Source of the DNA: a virus
Reading direction: 5' to 3' (one strand)
Length of the DNA: 64,000 bases
IMG/VR virus record: IMGVR_UViG_3300005466_000025
Span: 1-64,000 of that record
Within the stretch, counting starts at the first letter, position 1. Every line of letters begins with the position of its first letter. The notes beneath the pieces are model-generated. The model had not been told where the DNA came from, did no database searches, and was given only the letters and a program-made list of their open reading frames with translations. Shown here in pieces: positions 17,514 to 27,424 of the stretch. The position numbers and the translations under genes are program-made.

Positions 17514-19382
17514 TTAGGCGCTATCTCTAGCTGATCGGATTGTTTCAATCGCTTCTGCTTCGCTCTTGCCTTCGTCAAACATAAGAAGACCGATCTGTGT
17601 CTTTTCCTCGGTTGAGAAATCGGCGTTCTCCTTTGAAGTGTCCTCCGGTGGCTTCTCGCCAGACAGATTCTCCTCGTTAACTACTTCCTTCTCCAAATCT
17701 GCATTTGGGGAAGCAGCTACTAGTCGCTCAACTACCTCTGAAAGTGTGAAGGATGTTTCCTTTCCATTTTCCGAGAGGTTAATAGCTACTGCGCCGTTGT
17801 CAGCGTTAAGGACTTCCTCGGCAGCCATAAGTACGGCTGGTGACTTGCCCTCTTCCTTCCAAGCGGCGAGCTTCGCGTCAATACGATTCTTTCTAACTTC
17901 CGCCTCTACTGCTTCTAAACGGTCGAGGCGGGACTTAACTTCATCCTCCGAAAGACCAAGGTCTTCGAAAAACGTGTTCTTTACTTCTGGTGTTTCTTCT
18001 AGGGTTGACACGATTACACCTCCTTTGTTTATTGCAGTAGTGTCTGTATTAGACGTGTCATCCACTTCATTCTCCTCTGAGAATGAAATTATTTCTAGGT
18101 CTTCTCCTGCGTTTAGGGCCTTACGAAAATCGTCCATATCGTTCAGCCATGGGCTATTTGTTAACGCAGAGTGACCTAGAATAGCGTTAAACTTTGTGCC
18201 CGTATCCTTCTTGATATAATCAAAAAGGATTCCGGCGCTTACATTGGCAATTGAGCCTTCAAGCACCTTTTCTTTAATCTTTTTGTCTGTAAATTCATGG
18301 GCTGCCTGTAGAATTGCCCGACCCTTGTCGTCGGTTGAAATTCTTACATCCCTAATAAATCCTGTGTTTTCATGAACCTTGTCATCATGTGACAATGGGA
18401 TTGTGACATGATCCTTGACCCCGGCTTCGAAATTGTTCTTCAATTCCTCAAGGGAAATCTTGAATTTGCGGGCATCGGATTGCCCATCCTTTGTGACGGT
18501 GATGGGCCTATTGATTGGCTTCTGCCCTGGTCCTGGCGAATACTGCCAAACGCCCTCTCGCATAATGGTCTTCCAGATTACTCCGTCTTCCTCTGTTACG
18601 TCCCCACCATCATCAAAGAACATCTCCGCAAGGATTTGTGGCTCCTCCGCGTAGTTTTGTTCAACCCATGCCTTGGCGACAGTAGTCCAGTCGGACTCGT
18701 CGGCCAGTACGACACCATTCTTATTAAACTTATATGGAATTACAAAATAGTCATTGTAGCCATAGCAGACTAGGGCCTGTCCAGGCTGAATATCCTCCAC
18801 CCAATATTGATACCCTGCTACGTTATCCTCACCCTCCGCGTTGTGCATTCCATAGGATTCATTGAGGGCCTCCTGCACTTCCCTCCTCATATAATCCATA
18901 CTTTTCATATAGTCCCAAACCACGTCTCCGTCCGCAAATTGCGGATTTTGTGCTATACTTCCCCCTGTGATAAGAGCCACGTCCTCCTCAGTGATCTGGT
19001 CTAGGTACTCAAGGAAGTCCTCTGGAACCTCATTCTCAAACTCCAACTCATCCGTAAGGAAGATGTTAAGGTCTGGGAAGGATTCCGAAAGGTTCTTAGG
19101 GGTATACTTCTTTCCCTTTCCTCTCCATTTAGTATTACCTACGATCAGGTCCTTGAGAACGGCGCAATACTCCTCAGTATGCGCCCCGAAACGCTTACGG
19201 TTGTCCCGTACACAGGCAGTGAAAGGATGCTTCATCTTTGCATAATGTCTCATTAACGGACGCAACTTCTTCTTGTCCGCTTCTGATACATTGGCTGTTC
19301 CCTTGGAAATGGCAAAATAGGCTACCTCAAGGTAACCGTCAATTTCCTCATCTGTGAAATCAAGTGTTATATTTTCGGCCAT
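17514..19382 (-). CDS. Mu gpI-like prohead protease/scaffold fusion
   Basis: IPLSH...GFI...VSAG...H.ALTN.P motifs; acidic coiled-coil C-terminus. Confidence 0.85.
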   Translation of the reverse strand: MAENITLDFTDEEIDGYLEVAYFAISKGTANVSEADKKKLRPLMRHYAKMKHPFTACVRDNRKRFGAHTEEYCAVLKDLIVGNTKWRGKGKKYTPKNLSESFPDLNIFLTDELEFENEVPEDFLEYLDQITEEDVALITGGSIAQNPQFADGDVVWDYMKSMDYMRREVQEALNESYGMHNAEGEDNVAGYQYWVEDIQPGQALVCYGYNDYFVIPYKFNKNGVVLADESDWTTVAKAWVEQNYAEEPQILAEMFFDDGGDVTEEDGVIWKTIMREGVWQYSPGPGQKPINRPITVTKDGQSDARKFKISLEELKNNFEAGVKDHVTIPLSHDDKVHENTGFIRDVRISTDDKGRAILQAAHEFTDKKIKEKVLEGSIANVSAGILFDYIKKDTGTKFNAILGHSALTNSPWLNDMDDFRKALNAGEDLEIISFSEENEVDDTSNTDTTAINKGGVIVSTLEETPEVKNTFFEDLGLSEDEVKSRLDRLEAVEAEVRKNRIDAKLAAWKEEGKSPAVLMAAEEVLNADNGAVAINLSENGKETSFTLSEVVERLVAASPNADLEKEVVNEENLSGEKPPEDTSKENADFSTEEKTQIGLLMFDEGKSEAEAIETIRSARDSA

Positions 19383-19384
19383 GC

Positions 19385-19636
19385 TTACTTACTCACTCTC
19401 TCCAAAATTCCCTTTAGAGTGCCTTGCATCTCCTGATATAACCTTTCATAGATTTGGTGATCCATTTCACCCGCTGGTGCAAACATGAACTTGCATGAAG
19501 GACATTTGTAGATTGGCACGGTTTCTAACTCATACTCTTCTATGGTCATCATTCGTGTATACTGTAGAATGTCATGCGGATTCTTGCACCGAGGACAGGT
19601 CATACGGTGTCCGTCGATAAGCTTTTTTCTAATCAC
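19385..19636 (-). CDS. zinc-ribbon protein
   Basis: CPRC...CPSC. Confidence 0.7.
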   Translation of the reverse strand: MIRKKLIDGHRMTCPRCKNPHDILQYTRMMTIEEYELETVPIYKCPSCKFMFAPAGEMDHQIYERLYQEMQGTLKGILERVSK

Positions 19637-19701
19637 TGGTTAAATAATAGTGATAATGTGTATGTATATCAGCTTGTGTTAGTTGCAAACATTGGAGGAA
19701 A

Positions 19702-20784
19702 ATGACTGAAATCAACGAAAAATATGATAAAAACGACTCATTAACTATCACAGCGGCATCAGAGCAACTTGGAATTTCCGCAAAGGCGCTCAAAATGCGT
19801 TGCGACAGAAAGACCCTTGATTACTTCAAGGATGAAAAAGGATATCGCAGAATTTTCAAAAGCGAGCTAGTCAGAATCGCCAATGGGGATTCAGCGAGCA
19901 AACTCAGTTATGATCCTTACAGATACGATCCTGAATTCGACATTCCAAAATCAGAAATTTGGGGTGAGGGTAAGGCTCCGGTAATTAAGCTGCCGAAAAA
20001 ACAATGGGTATCTGTTGTGGGGGTCAATGATATTCACGTTCCTTATCATGACGAGGTTCTGATTAAGGCAACGATGGATATTGCAAAGGTAATCGATCCG
20101 GATATTTTTATCCTGAATGGAGACATAAATGATTTCTTCGGCATATCCAGATTTAACAGAGCAAACGAACGCCTTGATGTTCTACAAGCTGAGCTTGATA
20201 TGGGTAAAGCCATCAGAGCGGCTTACAGAAAGACTCTACCCAACGCTCAATTTGAAGAGACGATAGGTAACCACGAAGAAAGACTAATTACCTATCCTGC
20301 ATTTAATGCCCCTGCCCTTAAGTCGCTCAGCGCCCTAAAGCCATCGAAGCTTCTCGGCCTAGATGAACTTGAAATTAGACACTGGCCGATGAATGGATTC
20401 CGTCTACAGGAGGATTTCCTTGTGGAGCATGGTAGTGTTATTAGAAGCCAGAGTGGATATACCGCCAAGGCCAGACTGGAACAGACATTGATTTCAGGGG
20501 TCATGGGTCACACACATAGGGCGGATTCCCACGGTAAGACTGGATTCCGTGAATTGCAGTGGTTTGAAACAGGATGTTTGTGTAAGCTAAATCCTGACTA
20601 TGTGCGTAACGAGGCCAACTGGAAGCACGCCTTCTGGATCGGTATGTTCTCAACAAAGACCGGAAACTTTAACGTGCAGCTTGTGAAGGCTGTCGGTAGG
20701 GGATTCATCTTTGAAAACAAGCACTATGGAAATACGGAGGAAGAGGCAGATATATGGAGCGCACCTATCCCGGCTATGAACTAA
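19702..20784 (+). CDS. HTH-fused calcineurin-like metallophosphoesterase
   Basis: N-terminal excisionase/MerR-like HTH; DIH, GD, GNHE, HG, GHTH motifs. Confidence 0.85.
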   Translation: MTEINEKYDKNDSLTITAASEQLGISAKALKMRCDRKTLDYFKDEKGYRRIFKSELVRIANGDSASKLSYDPYRYDPEFDIPKSEIWGEGKAPVIKLPKKQWVSVVGVNDIHVPYHDEVLIKATMDIAKVIDPDIFILNGDINDFFGISRFNRANERLDVLQAELDMGKAIRAAYRKTLPNAQFEETIGNHEERLITYPAFNAPALKSLSALKPSKLLGLDELEIRHWPMNGFRLQEDFLVEHGSVIRSQSGYTAKARLEQTLISGVMGHTHRADSHGKTGFRELQWFETGCLCKLNPDYVRNEANWKHAFWIGMFSTKTGNFNVQLVKAVGRGFIFENKHYGNTEEEADIWSAPIPAMN

Positions 20785-21017
20785 TCGAAACAATAGAGAA
20801 TTGTCTCAGTGCAGTGATAAGGGACTATGGGCATCGTGATGAGGCATATTGTTTGGCTTGTGACGATGAACCATTTGAGGCTCTTGAAAAGCTAAAATAT
20901 ATCTTGGCTAAAAGACCAGATTGGCCCGAGGATTTGCATAAACAATATCTTGCGATTCTAGATGAAAGAGATGAATTGCAGGAAAGAATCGATCTAATAC
21001 ACAAATATTTTGAATAA
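20754..21017 (+). CDS. hypothetical protein
   Basis: ORF overlapping its neighbours; SD-like GAGG. Confidence 0.55.
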   Translation: MERTYPGYELIETIENCLSAVIRDYGHRDEAYCLACDDEPFEALEKLKYILAKRPDWPEDLHKQYLAILDERDELQERIDLIHKYFE

Positions 21018-21234
21018 TATATTCTATAAGATCAGATTGCCCCTGGCCGATATTACCGTTATCACAGGGTTTGTTGCAACATGCATAAATTACTATCTAT
21101 ACCAGTATTACGAAATGGCCTTCTGTGCATTGCTTATGAATCTAGCCCTGTCCCATTCTTTGGGTGTTAGGTTGTACAGAAGGAACTTATATAAGGAGGC
21201 CTTAGATGAGCGACAAGGAAGAATGGGAGGATGA
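21010..21234 (+). CDS. small membrane protein
   Basis: two hydrophobic segments. Confidence 0.5.
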   Translation: MNNIFYKIRLPLADITVITGFVATCINYYLYQYYEMAFCALLMNLALSHSLGVRLYRRNLYKEALDERQGRMGG

Positions 21235-21358
21235 GGAGTTTCCAGATGATTATCCCTTCGATGAGGATGGGGAATTCCTCCTTGATGATCTTCTAGAGGA
21301 ATGGGATGATATTGATGACATTGATGACTACCAATACGTAGAAGGAGAAAGAAATTAA
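21206..21358 (+). CDS. 50-aa highly acidic protein (below ORF-track cutoff)
   Basis: AAGGAGG SD; MSDKEEWEDEEF...; TAATG coupling to the next gene. Confidence 0.7.
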   Translation: MSDKEEWEDEEFPDDYPFDEDGEFLLDDLLEEWDDIDDIDDYQYVEGERN

Positions 21359-21936
21359 TGCTTATTGGACTAAATGGACTGAAAGGATCAGGAAAGGATA
21401 CCGTTGGCTCCTATTTGGTGGATAACTACGGATATGAACGGGCATCATTTGCTGCCAAGCTAAAGGAATCAGCAGGAGCCTTATTTAACATTGGTTCTTC
21501 CTTCTGGGAAAAGGCAAAGAATAATGACAGGTCTGTTATTCAGTTGAGGGACAACGGTGCCCTTGTAAGGGATATTACAGTAAGAAATTTTCTACAGAGA
21601 TATGGAACCGAGGCCCACAGGACAGTATTCGGCTCAGACTTCTGGGTTGATCATGCACTGAAAGGAGTGGATCGAAATCAAAATATCGTTTTCACCGATG
21701 CTAGGTTTGAAAATGAGCTATCGAGAATCAAGTCTCTCATGGGTGTTAACCTTCAGATTCTTCGTCCTCAACTCACTAACGAAGATGATCATATATCTGA
21801 GGCACCGCCACCTATCGAGCTAATCGACTTTCAAATTGTCAATGACCAGGACCTTGATTATCTATACGGACGGGTAGATGATTTCATGAGTTTTCTCAAC
21901 ACGGAACGATCAATCCTGGCATATGACTTTGATTAA
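21358..21936 (+). CDS. deoxynucleoside monophosphate kinase
   Basis: G.KGSGKDT P-loop, R.FLQ.YGTE, D.RF.NE. Confidence 0.9.
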   Translation: MLIGLNGLKGSGKDTVGSYLVDNYGYERASFAAKLKESAGALFNIGSSFWEKAKNNDRSVIQLRDNGALVRDITVRNFLQRYGTEAHRTVFGSDFWVDHALKGVDRNQNIVFTDARFENELSRIKSLMGVNLQILRPQLTNEDDHISEAPPPIELIDFQIVNDQDLDYLYGRVDDFMSFLNTERSILAYDFD

Positions 21937-22027
21937 AAGGAAGCTGACCTTTGAGGAACGCCAAATTATCCGAAAGCTAGTCTCGGACAAGAAAAAGGCG
22001 ATCTATCTAAAGGATGTTAAATTTAGA

Positions 22028-22282
22028 TTAAATTAACGGATAAACATGTAGCTCCGCACCCGTTGGTTGGGATATAAATCCTAACCCCTGTGCGCGGACA
22101 ATAGCATGAGCCAGGGAGCGGGCCTGTAGCCTTTTCTTAGCCTCTGCCACTGTTTGGGTGGCGCTGGAATAGGAGACATACCGCTCCTTTGCCATTTCCT
22201 TTACTTGCTTACCGTTAGCATGTCCTGCGAGGAGGGTAACCATGAGGACACTGAGCTTTGGTCGCTGAAGAACTGTAGCCAT
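22028..22282 (-). CDS. LuxR-type HTH protein
   Basis: A.G...KE.A....VS.S......AKKRL.A...AHA pattern; GGAGG SD. Confidence 0.7.
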   Translation of the reverse strand: MATVLQRPKLSVLMVTLLAGHANGKQVKEMAKERYVSYSSATQTVAEAKKRLQARSLAHAIVRAQGLGFISQPTGAELHVYPLI

Positions 22283-23388
22283 TGTTTTGAAATCAACCTC
22301 CAATCCCTATTTTCCGCAAATTCCCTACCAACTTCCCGTTGGTAGTTCATAAAGTCTTCGTCGCGCAAAACATTGATTGCCTCCTCAGCAAATTTCTGTG
22401 CATCAAAAGGAAGAGGGACAATTGTCCCTATTTTTCCAAATTCCTCCTCCATGCAGTCACAATCAGTGGTAATGATTGTATTTCCTGCGGCGGCATTCTC
22501 AACGGCTGTTATACAGCCTGTTTCCGTGCTTTGAATGGAATCAAGCGGATAAAGCCATGCATCTGCCTCCATTTGCAATCGGGCTAGTCTGTCCTGACCA
22601 ATCTTGCCAAGGTCTGTGACTCCCGGCTGCTTAATTAATTCCTGAATTTGTATTGCCATCTCCCCTGAGCGGTTGTGTGCCCACTTCAGAAGATCGACCC
22701 ATTTATCTACCCCATAACAAACTGAGAGTTCCGCATTTGGGAACTCCTCCCTAATGTAGGGCCATGATTGTAGTAGTTGCCATAATCCACGATCCGGGGA
22801 AGATGAATACACGAATCTGGGATTATCAAATACAGGGGCGTTAAACTTCTTTTCCACAAACTCCCTGGGATACCTAGATATATCGACCCCATTGGGAAAT
22901 ACCTTTATCCTATCATCATCAAAGTTGACCCCGGAATGCAGAAGAAGATCACCCGCCCATTGGGAAAGAACAGCCAAATAATCACAGTTGTTCTCAAGGG
23001 CCTCCTGCTCCTTGCCTGAAAGATGGGCTACCTGCATTTCCGTGATTGTCATTCCAATGCGTTCCCTTACTCTTTCGTCATCGAATACCGACGGTACCTC
23101 CCAAGCAATCGCAACGTCCCAATCAAAGTTAGCCAGCATAGGCTTGGTAAGACCGAGAGGAACGTATTCATGATAACCTGCGATAGCTCCTGGTTCATAC
23201 TTGGAGAACGACTCATAAATTCTCTGTCCTTTTTCTACGGGAACGAATGAGGTAACATCATGGCCGTATTTGGCCCATTCCCTGGATAAATAGATCAATG
23301 CACCTTCGCGCCCACCAATACCCCTGTTAAATGCCTCCGGTGTAACCTCACCCCAGGAATCAGCAAGCAGAACATTTGCAATTTTCAA
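22201..23388 (-). CDS. glycosyltransferase family 4 (GT-B)
   Basis: PNGVD, YSSSPDRGL, ETGCI...E..AAG. Confidence 0.9.
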   Translation of the reverse strand: MKIANVLLADSWGEVTPEAFNRGIGGREGALIYLSREWAKYGHDVTSFVPVEKGQRIYESFSKYEPGAIAGYHEYVPLGLTKPMLANFDWDVAIAWEVPSVFDDERVRERIGMTITEMQVAHLSGKEQEALENNCDYLAVLSQWAGDLLLHSGVNFDDDRIKVFPNGVDISRYPREFVEKKFNAPVFDNPRFVYSSSPDRGLWQLLQSWPYIREEFPNAELSVCYGVDKWVDLLKWAHNRSGEMAIQIQELIKQPGVTDLGKIGQDRLARLQMEADAWLYPLDSIQSTETGCITAVENAAAGNTIITTDCDCMEEEFGKIGTIVPLPFDAQKFAEEAINVLRDEDFMNYQREVGREFAENRDWRLISKQWLQFFSDQSSVSSWLPSSQDMLTVSK

Positions 23389-23641
23389 CTTTAGTCTCTC
23401 CTTTATTTTGAGCAGACGATAAAAACACAGGCTCCCCAAGTGCAAGTATTTCCTTGTCACTTAGGGAATTATAATCAACATAGTCTTTTCTGTCCCCTGT
23501 TCTTTCCCATGCGGCAAACAATACAGGTCTACACCCTCTTGTTTGATATTTATGTACTCTGCCGCAAAAATGTCCAGGGGGAATTCCCTTTGTATAGTCA
23601 ACACCATGTACGGCGTCACTATAGGTTTTCTGCAAATACAT
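23360..23641 (-). CDS. hypothetical protein (leaderless)
   Basis: TGCTATAAT 6 nt upstream of the ATG. Confidence 0.55.
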   Translation of the reverse strand: MYLQKTYSDAVHGVDYTKGIPPGHFCGRVHKYQTRGCRPVLFAAWERTGDRKDYVDYNSLSDKEILALGEPVFLSSAQNKGETKVENCKCSAC

Positions 23642-23659
23642 GGATTGATTATAGCATAC

Positions 23660-24421
23660 TTAAAAGACCCTGGTTGGCGTTATGAATGTGGAACCTGCTG
23701 GCGGAGGGGCTGATCCATGACCATCAAAAGTCCAGGTGGGGTCTGAACCAGTCAAGGTTAAACCGCCAATACTGCTAAATGTCGATGGATTAGCACCAAT
23801 GTCAGTGGGTGTAGCCGTGTTGCATTCAATAAGTAGTGTTGGTTGACCACCCGAATTATTCCACCAATCGGAGGTCTTGTTGTTGACGGAAAGTTCGGCG
23901 CACTGCGCGTCCGAGAGCGCGACACCGGCCCAGGCTGCGACGAGTGCGTAGTAGGTGCTGCTTGTGTGGTTGTTGTCAGCCATGTAGCCGATACGCCAAG
24001 CCCCGTTTGACGTTCCTGGGCCAGCGCGGTTGCCGCCGTTGTTGGCGGCCGAGTTGCTGTGCGTCCACCCCGCAGGGGTCGTCTGGTAGACGTGGTGGAA
24101 CCGATCGAGCGCCGCGCCACCGGAAGGCCACGTCACGACGATGATGTACCAGCCTGTCGTCGTCACCCAGGTCGGAGTCTCGGTCTCCCCAACGATCCCG
24201 TCGTCGGAGAAGAGACGGTCGTTGAGCATCGTGAGGGTGTGGTACCAGTTCGTCAGGCCCGTGTTGACAAGTCCTGTCATGTCCTGATTCGCCGTCGCGC
24301 TCTGCCGGTTGATCAGGGCTGCGATAGTGCCAGCCCCGTTTGGCAGGCCATTCAGCGCCGAGCTAATCGGCGTGAATGACGCAAATGCGGTACCGGGGCT
24401 GACATTTTCGAGTGTTGCCAT
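23660..24421 (-). CDS. LamG/concanavalin-like domain protein
   Basis: GWY.IVVTW, WRIG, AW...LSDAQ pattern; GC-rich coding. Confidence 0.65.
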   Translation of the reverse strand: MATLENVSPGTAFASFTPISSALNGLPNGAGTIAALINRQSATANQDMTGLVNTGLTNWYHTLTMLNDRLFSDDGIVGETETPTWVTTTGWYIIVVTWPSGGAALDRFHHVYQTTPAGWTHSNSAANNGGNRAGPGTSNGAWRIGYMADNNHTSSTYYALVAAWAGVALSDAQCAELSVNNKTSDWWNNSGGQPTLLIECNTATPTDIGANPSTFSSIGGLTLTGSDPTWTFDGHGSAPPPAGSTFITPTRVF

Positions 24422-26254
24422 TTAACCTGGGGCCACCACCCCACCGTTATCCCAAACGTTTCCACTCCACACATTTCCGGAACGTGTTGTTGAGAAGTCC
24501 GTGATTGGCCCGTAGGCTGCACACAAACCATTGGAACCGCGCTGGAACACGTTATTTGTGAACTTCTGGTTTGTCGCGTTAGTTGGGTCCGATGAGTATG
24601 GCTTGCCGCCTGTGTCTCCACCGTAGGCGCAGAATCCGGAACCAATACTTGCAACAAATAGATTTCCGTCAACTGTATTGTTCTTGATCGGAACAAAGTC
24701 AGGATATCCAGTCAGATCGGCGGAACATCCAATTTCACTGTTAACAAATGGTCCAGTATATGAACAATGAAGCGAGTTGTGGCGAATTGTGGCATTCTGT
24801 TCCTCACGCACCGATGATGCGTGGGCCTTGTTGCTTGCGTCAGGCCACAGATTTGTACCATGGAAATAATTATCCTGAATCAAGCAAGGGCCAGGGGCCT
24901 CACAATATGCGGCCCTGTTGGAATTGATTAGCTCCGTTCTGAGAACGGTATAGTTTGTTCCAGTTATTCCACAGTCAGTTGTGGCATTATTTGGATCGCC
25001 GCAGGCGTACTTCCCGGCCGGACACGACCCGTTAGAACACGCCGGGTACTGCACCCCGCTGTCAATGAACGAGTCCTGCACGGTGAATGATGGGGTTCCA
25101 TTGCTTTGAACAATTCCACCGTTGAGATATGAATTCTTCAGAACGAATCCACTTGCCCGAACATCAATTGTTCTACAATTAACAACCATTGAGTCAATCA
25201 CGAAGTTCTGGGTTGTGATTGTGCAGGAACCAGTGTATGTTGGCATTGTTGATGCCGCAGCATTTGGCCCTGTGTTTGATGGTCCAGGGAAACATCCTCC
25301 TGCATTATCCGGACCGTCTGGGGTGTTGGGGGTGCTTGATGCACATGTTCCTCCACCTCCGCCGCCGCCATTTGAGACAGTCACTGTAACAGGGGTTGCC
25401 ACACCAACATTTCCGGCTGTATCAGCAGCACGGGAACCGAATGTGTGGGAACCGTTGGAGATTGTGGCCGTATCAAAGGATACTGAATATGGGGCCACTG
25501 TATCATTGGTGAATGTTGTTCCGTCAAGCTGGAATGTTACATTCTGAATTCCACCTGGATCGGTTGCAGTTGAGGATACCGTAATTGATCCTGATACCGT
25601 TGATCCATTGGTAGGTGAGGTAACTGTGACAACTGGGGGAGTTGTATCCGCAGTTGAACATGAGCTAGTCGCAACAGTCAATGTTGAAGTTGCTGAATTG
25701 TTTCCTGCGGCATCCTTGGCTCTAACACCAGCGGTATATGTTGTTCCACAGGTAAGTCCTGTGTTGTTGAAACTTAGACTTGTTGTTGTTCCAAGGCTTA
25801 CGCCATTTCTAAATACCTCATAGCCTGTTACACCAACATTATCAGTTGAGGCACCCCATGAAAAGTTATAGCTTGTTTGTGTGCTTGTTGACGCCAATCC
25901 TGTTGGTGTCGATGGGGCTGTTGTATCAGTTGGAGGGGCAACGGGTCCTGATCTTCCGCTTGTTCCCTCAACTATTGCGGCAACCTTGTAATCATATGAA
26001 CCCTTGGTAAATTTTATTGTTGTTTTGTTGGGATCATTTGTTCTTGAGACAAGAACCCAATCACTTGTTGCCGATGCCTTCGTGAAATATAGATAACCAT
26101 ACCCCGTCTGAGATGGATAGCTATATGTTACTGAATTTGTATTCTGTGAAACCAAAGTTAGTTGAAACTCATCTGCCGCCATCGCACTAGTTATCACGAA
26201 GGGAATCGCAATAGCTGCGACCATTGCGGCAACAATCGTCTTATAACTCTTCAT
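24422..26254 (-). CDS. secreted-type protein: signal peptide, FN3, Ig-like (Big) domain, right-handed beta-helix
   Basis: MKSYK + hydrophobic stretch + AMA; DTTAPSTP...W.ASTDNVGVTGY...DAAGN; DTTPP.V.VTSP.NG; NN/DN-rich C-terminus. Confidence 0.85.
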   Translation of the reverse strand: MKSYKTIVAAMVAAIAIPFVITSAMAADEFQLTLVSQNTNSVTYSYPSQTGYGYLYFTKASATSDWVLVSRTNDPNKTTIKFTKGSYDYKVAAIVEGTSGRSGPVAPPTDTTAPSTPTGLASTSTQTSYNFSWGASTDNVGVTGYEVFRNGVSLGTTTSLSFNNTGLTCGTTYTAGVRAKDAAGNNSATSTLTVATSSCSTADTTPPVVTVTSPTNGSTVSGSITVSSTATDPGGIQNVTFQLDGTTFTNDTVAPYSVSFDTATISNGSHTFGSRAADTAGNVGVATPVTVTVSNGGGGGGGTCASSTPNTPDGPDNAGGCFPGPSNTGPNAAASTMPTYTGSCTITTQNFVIDSMVVNCRTIDVRASGFVLKNSYLNGGIVQSNGTPSFTVQDSFIDSGVQYPACSNGSCPAGKYACGDPNNATTDCGITGTNYTVLRTELINSNRAAYCEAPGPCLIQDNYFHGTNLWPDASNKAHASSVREEQNATIRHNSLHCSYTGPFVNSEIGCSADLTGYPDFVPIKNNTVDGNLFVASIGSGFCAYGGDTGGKPYSSDPTNATNQKFTNNVFQRGSNGLCAAYGPITDFSTTRSGNVWSGNVWDNGGVVAPG

Positions 26255-26264
26255 AATACTCCTT

Positions 26265-26540
26265 TCAATTCCCCTCTTTCAATAGTTTTATGGCCGTCTG
26301 GATTCTCCCTCTCAAATGGGGTTTCTCCTCGGCCCTTTTCTGAAGCTTTTCAATTTTACGGGTTAGCTTGATATCCTTAATTGTAGCAGTATGGGAGTAT
26401 CTGTTGAGCCTACAAATGGGGCATACAATATAGACGGTAACAAAGTTTTTATCCTTCTTACCGTGGTCTATTCTGTACTCGGCAATCCCATTACATCTTG
26501 GACAGTGTATCTTTTCCAAAACCTTTAGTTCAAATGGCAT
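26265..26540 (-). CDS. zinc-finger protein
   Basis: CPRC...CPIC. Confidence 0.65.
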   Translation of the reverse strand: MPFELKVLEKIHCPRCNGIAEYRIDHGKKDKNFVTVYIVCPICRLNRYSHTATIKDIKLTRKIEKLQKRAEEKPHLRGRIQTAIKLLKEGN

Positions 26541-26547
26541 TTATTTA

Positions 26548-27285
26548 TTATGTCCCTAGTAAGCTCGCGGAGAACCAGGCATTAGCACAGTTGAGGGAGC
26601 CGGACGTGCTTTGGAACACCTGAAGCTCTATGAAGTCTCCGACCGACAGCAAATATACGGCGTGGGCGTGAAGCGTCGTTCCGAATCCCGGTCCTGGCGG
26701 TATAAGGACCGTGCCGATGGCCGTAGTGTTGTTCAGTAGAATCTGCACGCCCCGTGTTCCGTTCGTATTCAGGTCGAATGATGCCTCGGCTGCTATCAAG
26801 TAGTAGCCCGCTTTGCCGGACGGGATGGTTATTCTGGTGTTATTTGTCGAAGTGTCATGGAAACTGTTTGTGTCATACGTGTCGGCGGCGTTAAACTGTA
26901 CAGATTGGAAGGAACTCGCGCTGATACTCTGTGCGGTGCTGCGTACTGCGCGGACGCCTACGAACACGGATGTAGTAGGATATTCAGCGGCGGCCTCCTG
27001 AATGGCAGCCTGAACGTCAGTTGCGGAAATTGTTCCCGCTGGTGAAAACGTTACATCGGCGGCTGATCCGCTGAATGATGATCCACCCCCTGAGGAAATT
27101 GTTCTTGGATATCCTGATGGCGCTGAGGACACGGTAACCGCATTTGCATCGTCTAATCCATGAATTTGATTGGCAATTGGGTCATTATTGTTGTATGTGG
27201 CGTCCGGAATTGTCACGGAACCACTTGGAGGAAGGGGATATCCTCCTACATAGTAATAATTTGATGTGGTATTTGTCAGAAGCAT
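26548..27285 (-). CDS. fibre-like protein with C-terminal C1q/TNF-like domain
   Basis: F.PAG.I.ATDVQAAI.E fibre motif; YDT..FH....NTRITIP...GYY, L.VGD.IEL. Confidence 0.7.
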   Translation of the reverse strand: MLLTNTTSNYYYVGGYPLPPSGSVTIPDATYNNNDPIANQIHGLDDANAVTVSSAPSGYPRTISSGGGSSFSGSAADVTFSPAGTISATDVQAAIQEAAAEYPTTSVFVGVRAVRSTAQSISASSFQSVQFNAADTYDTNSFHDTSTNNTRITIPSGKAGYYLIAAEASFDLNTNGTRGVQILLNNTTAIGTVLIPPGPGFGTTLHAHAVYLLSVGDFIELQVFQSTSGSLNCANAWFSASLLGT

Positions 27286-27424
27286 AGTTGAATTCACAAT
27301 AACAGAAAAATGGCTAAAAACACCTGATATTAGGCCCAACTCTCGCAAAAAGTCAATAAAAACGAGAAAAGGCCCATAAATGGGCCTCAACTCCTATAAC
27401 TATTGATTTTTTAAGTGAAAAACG

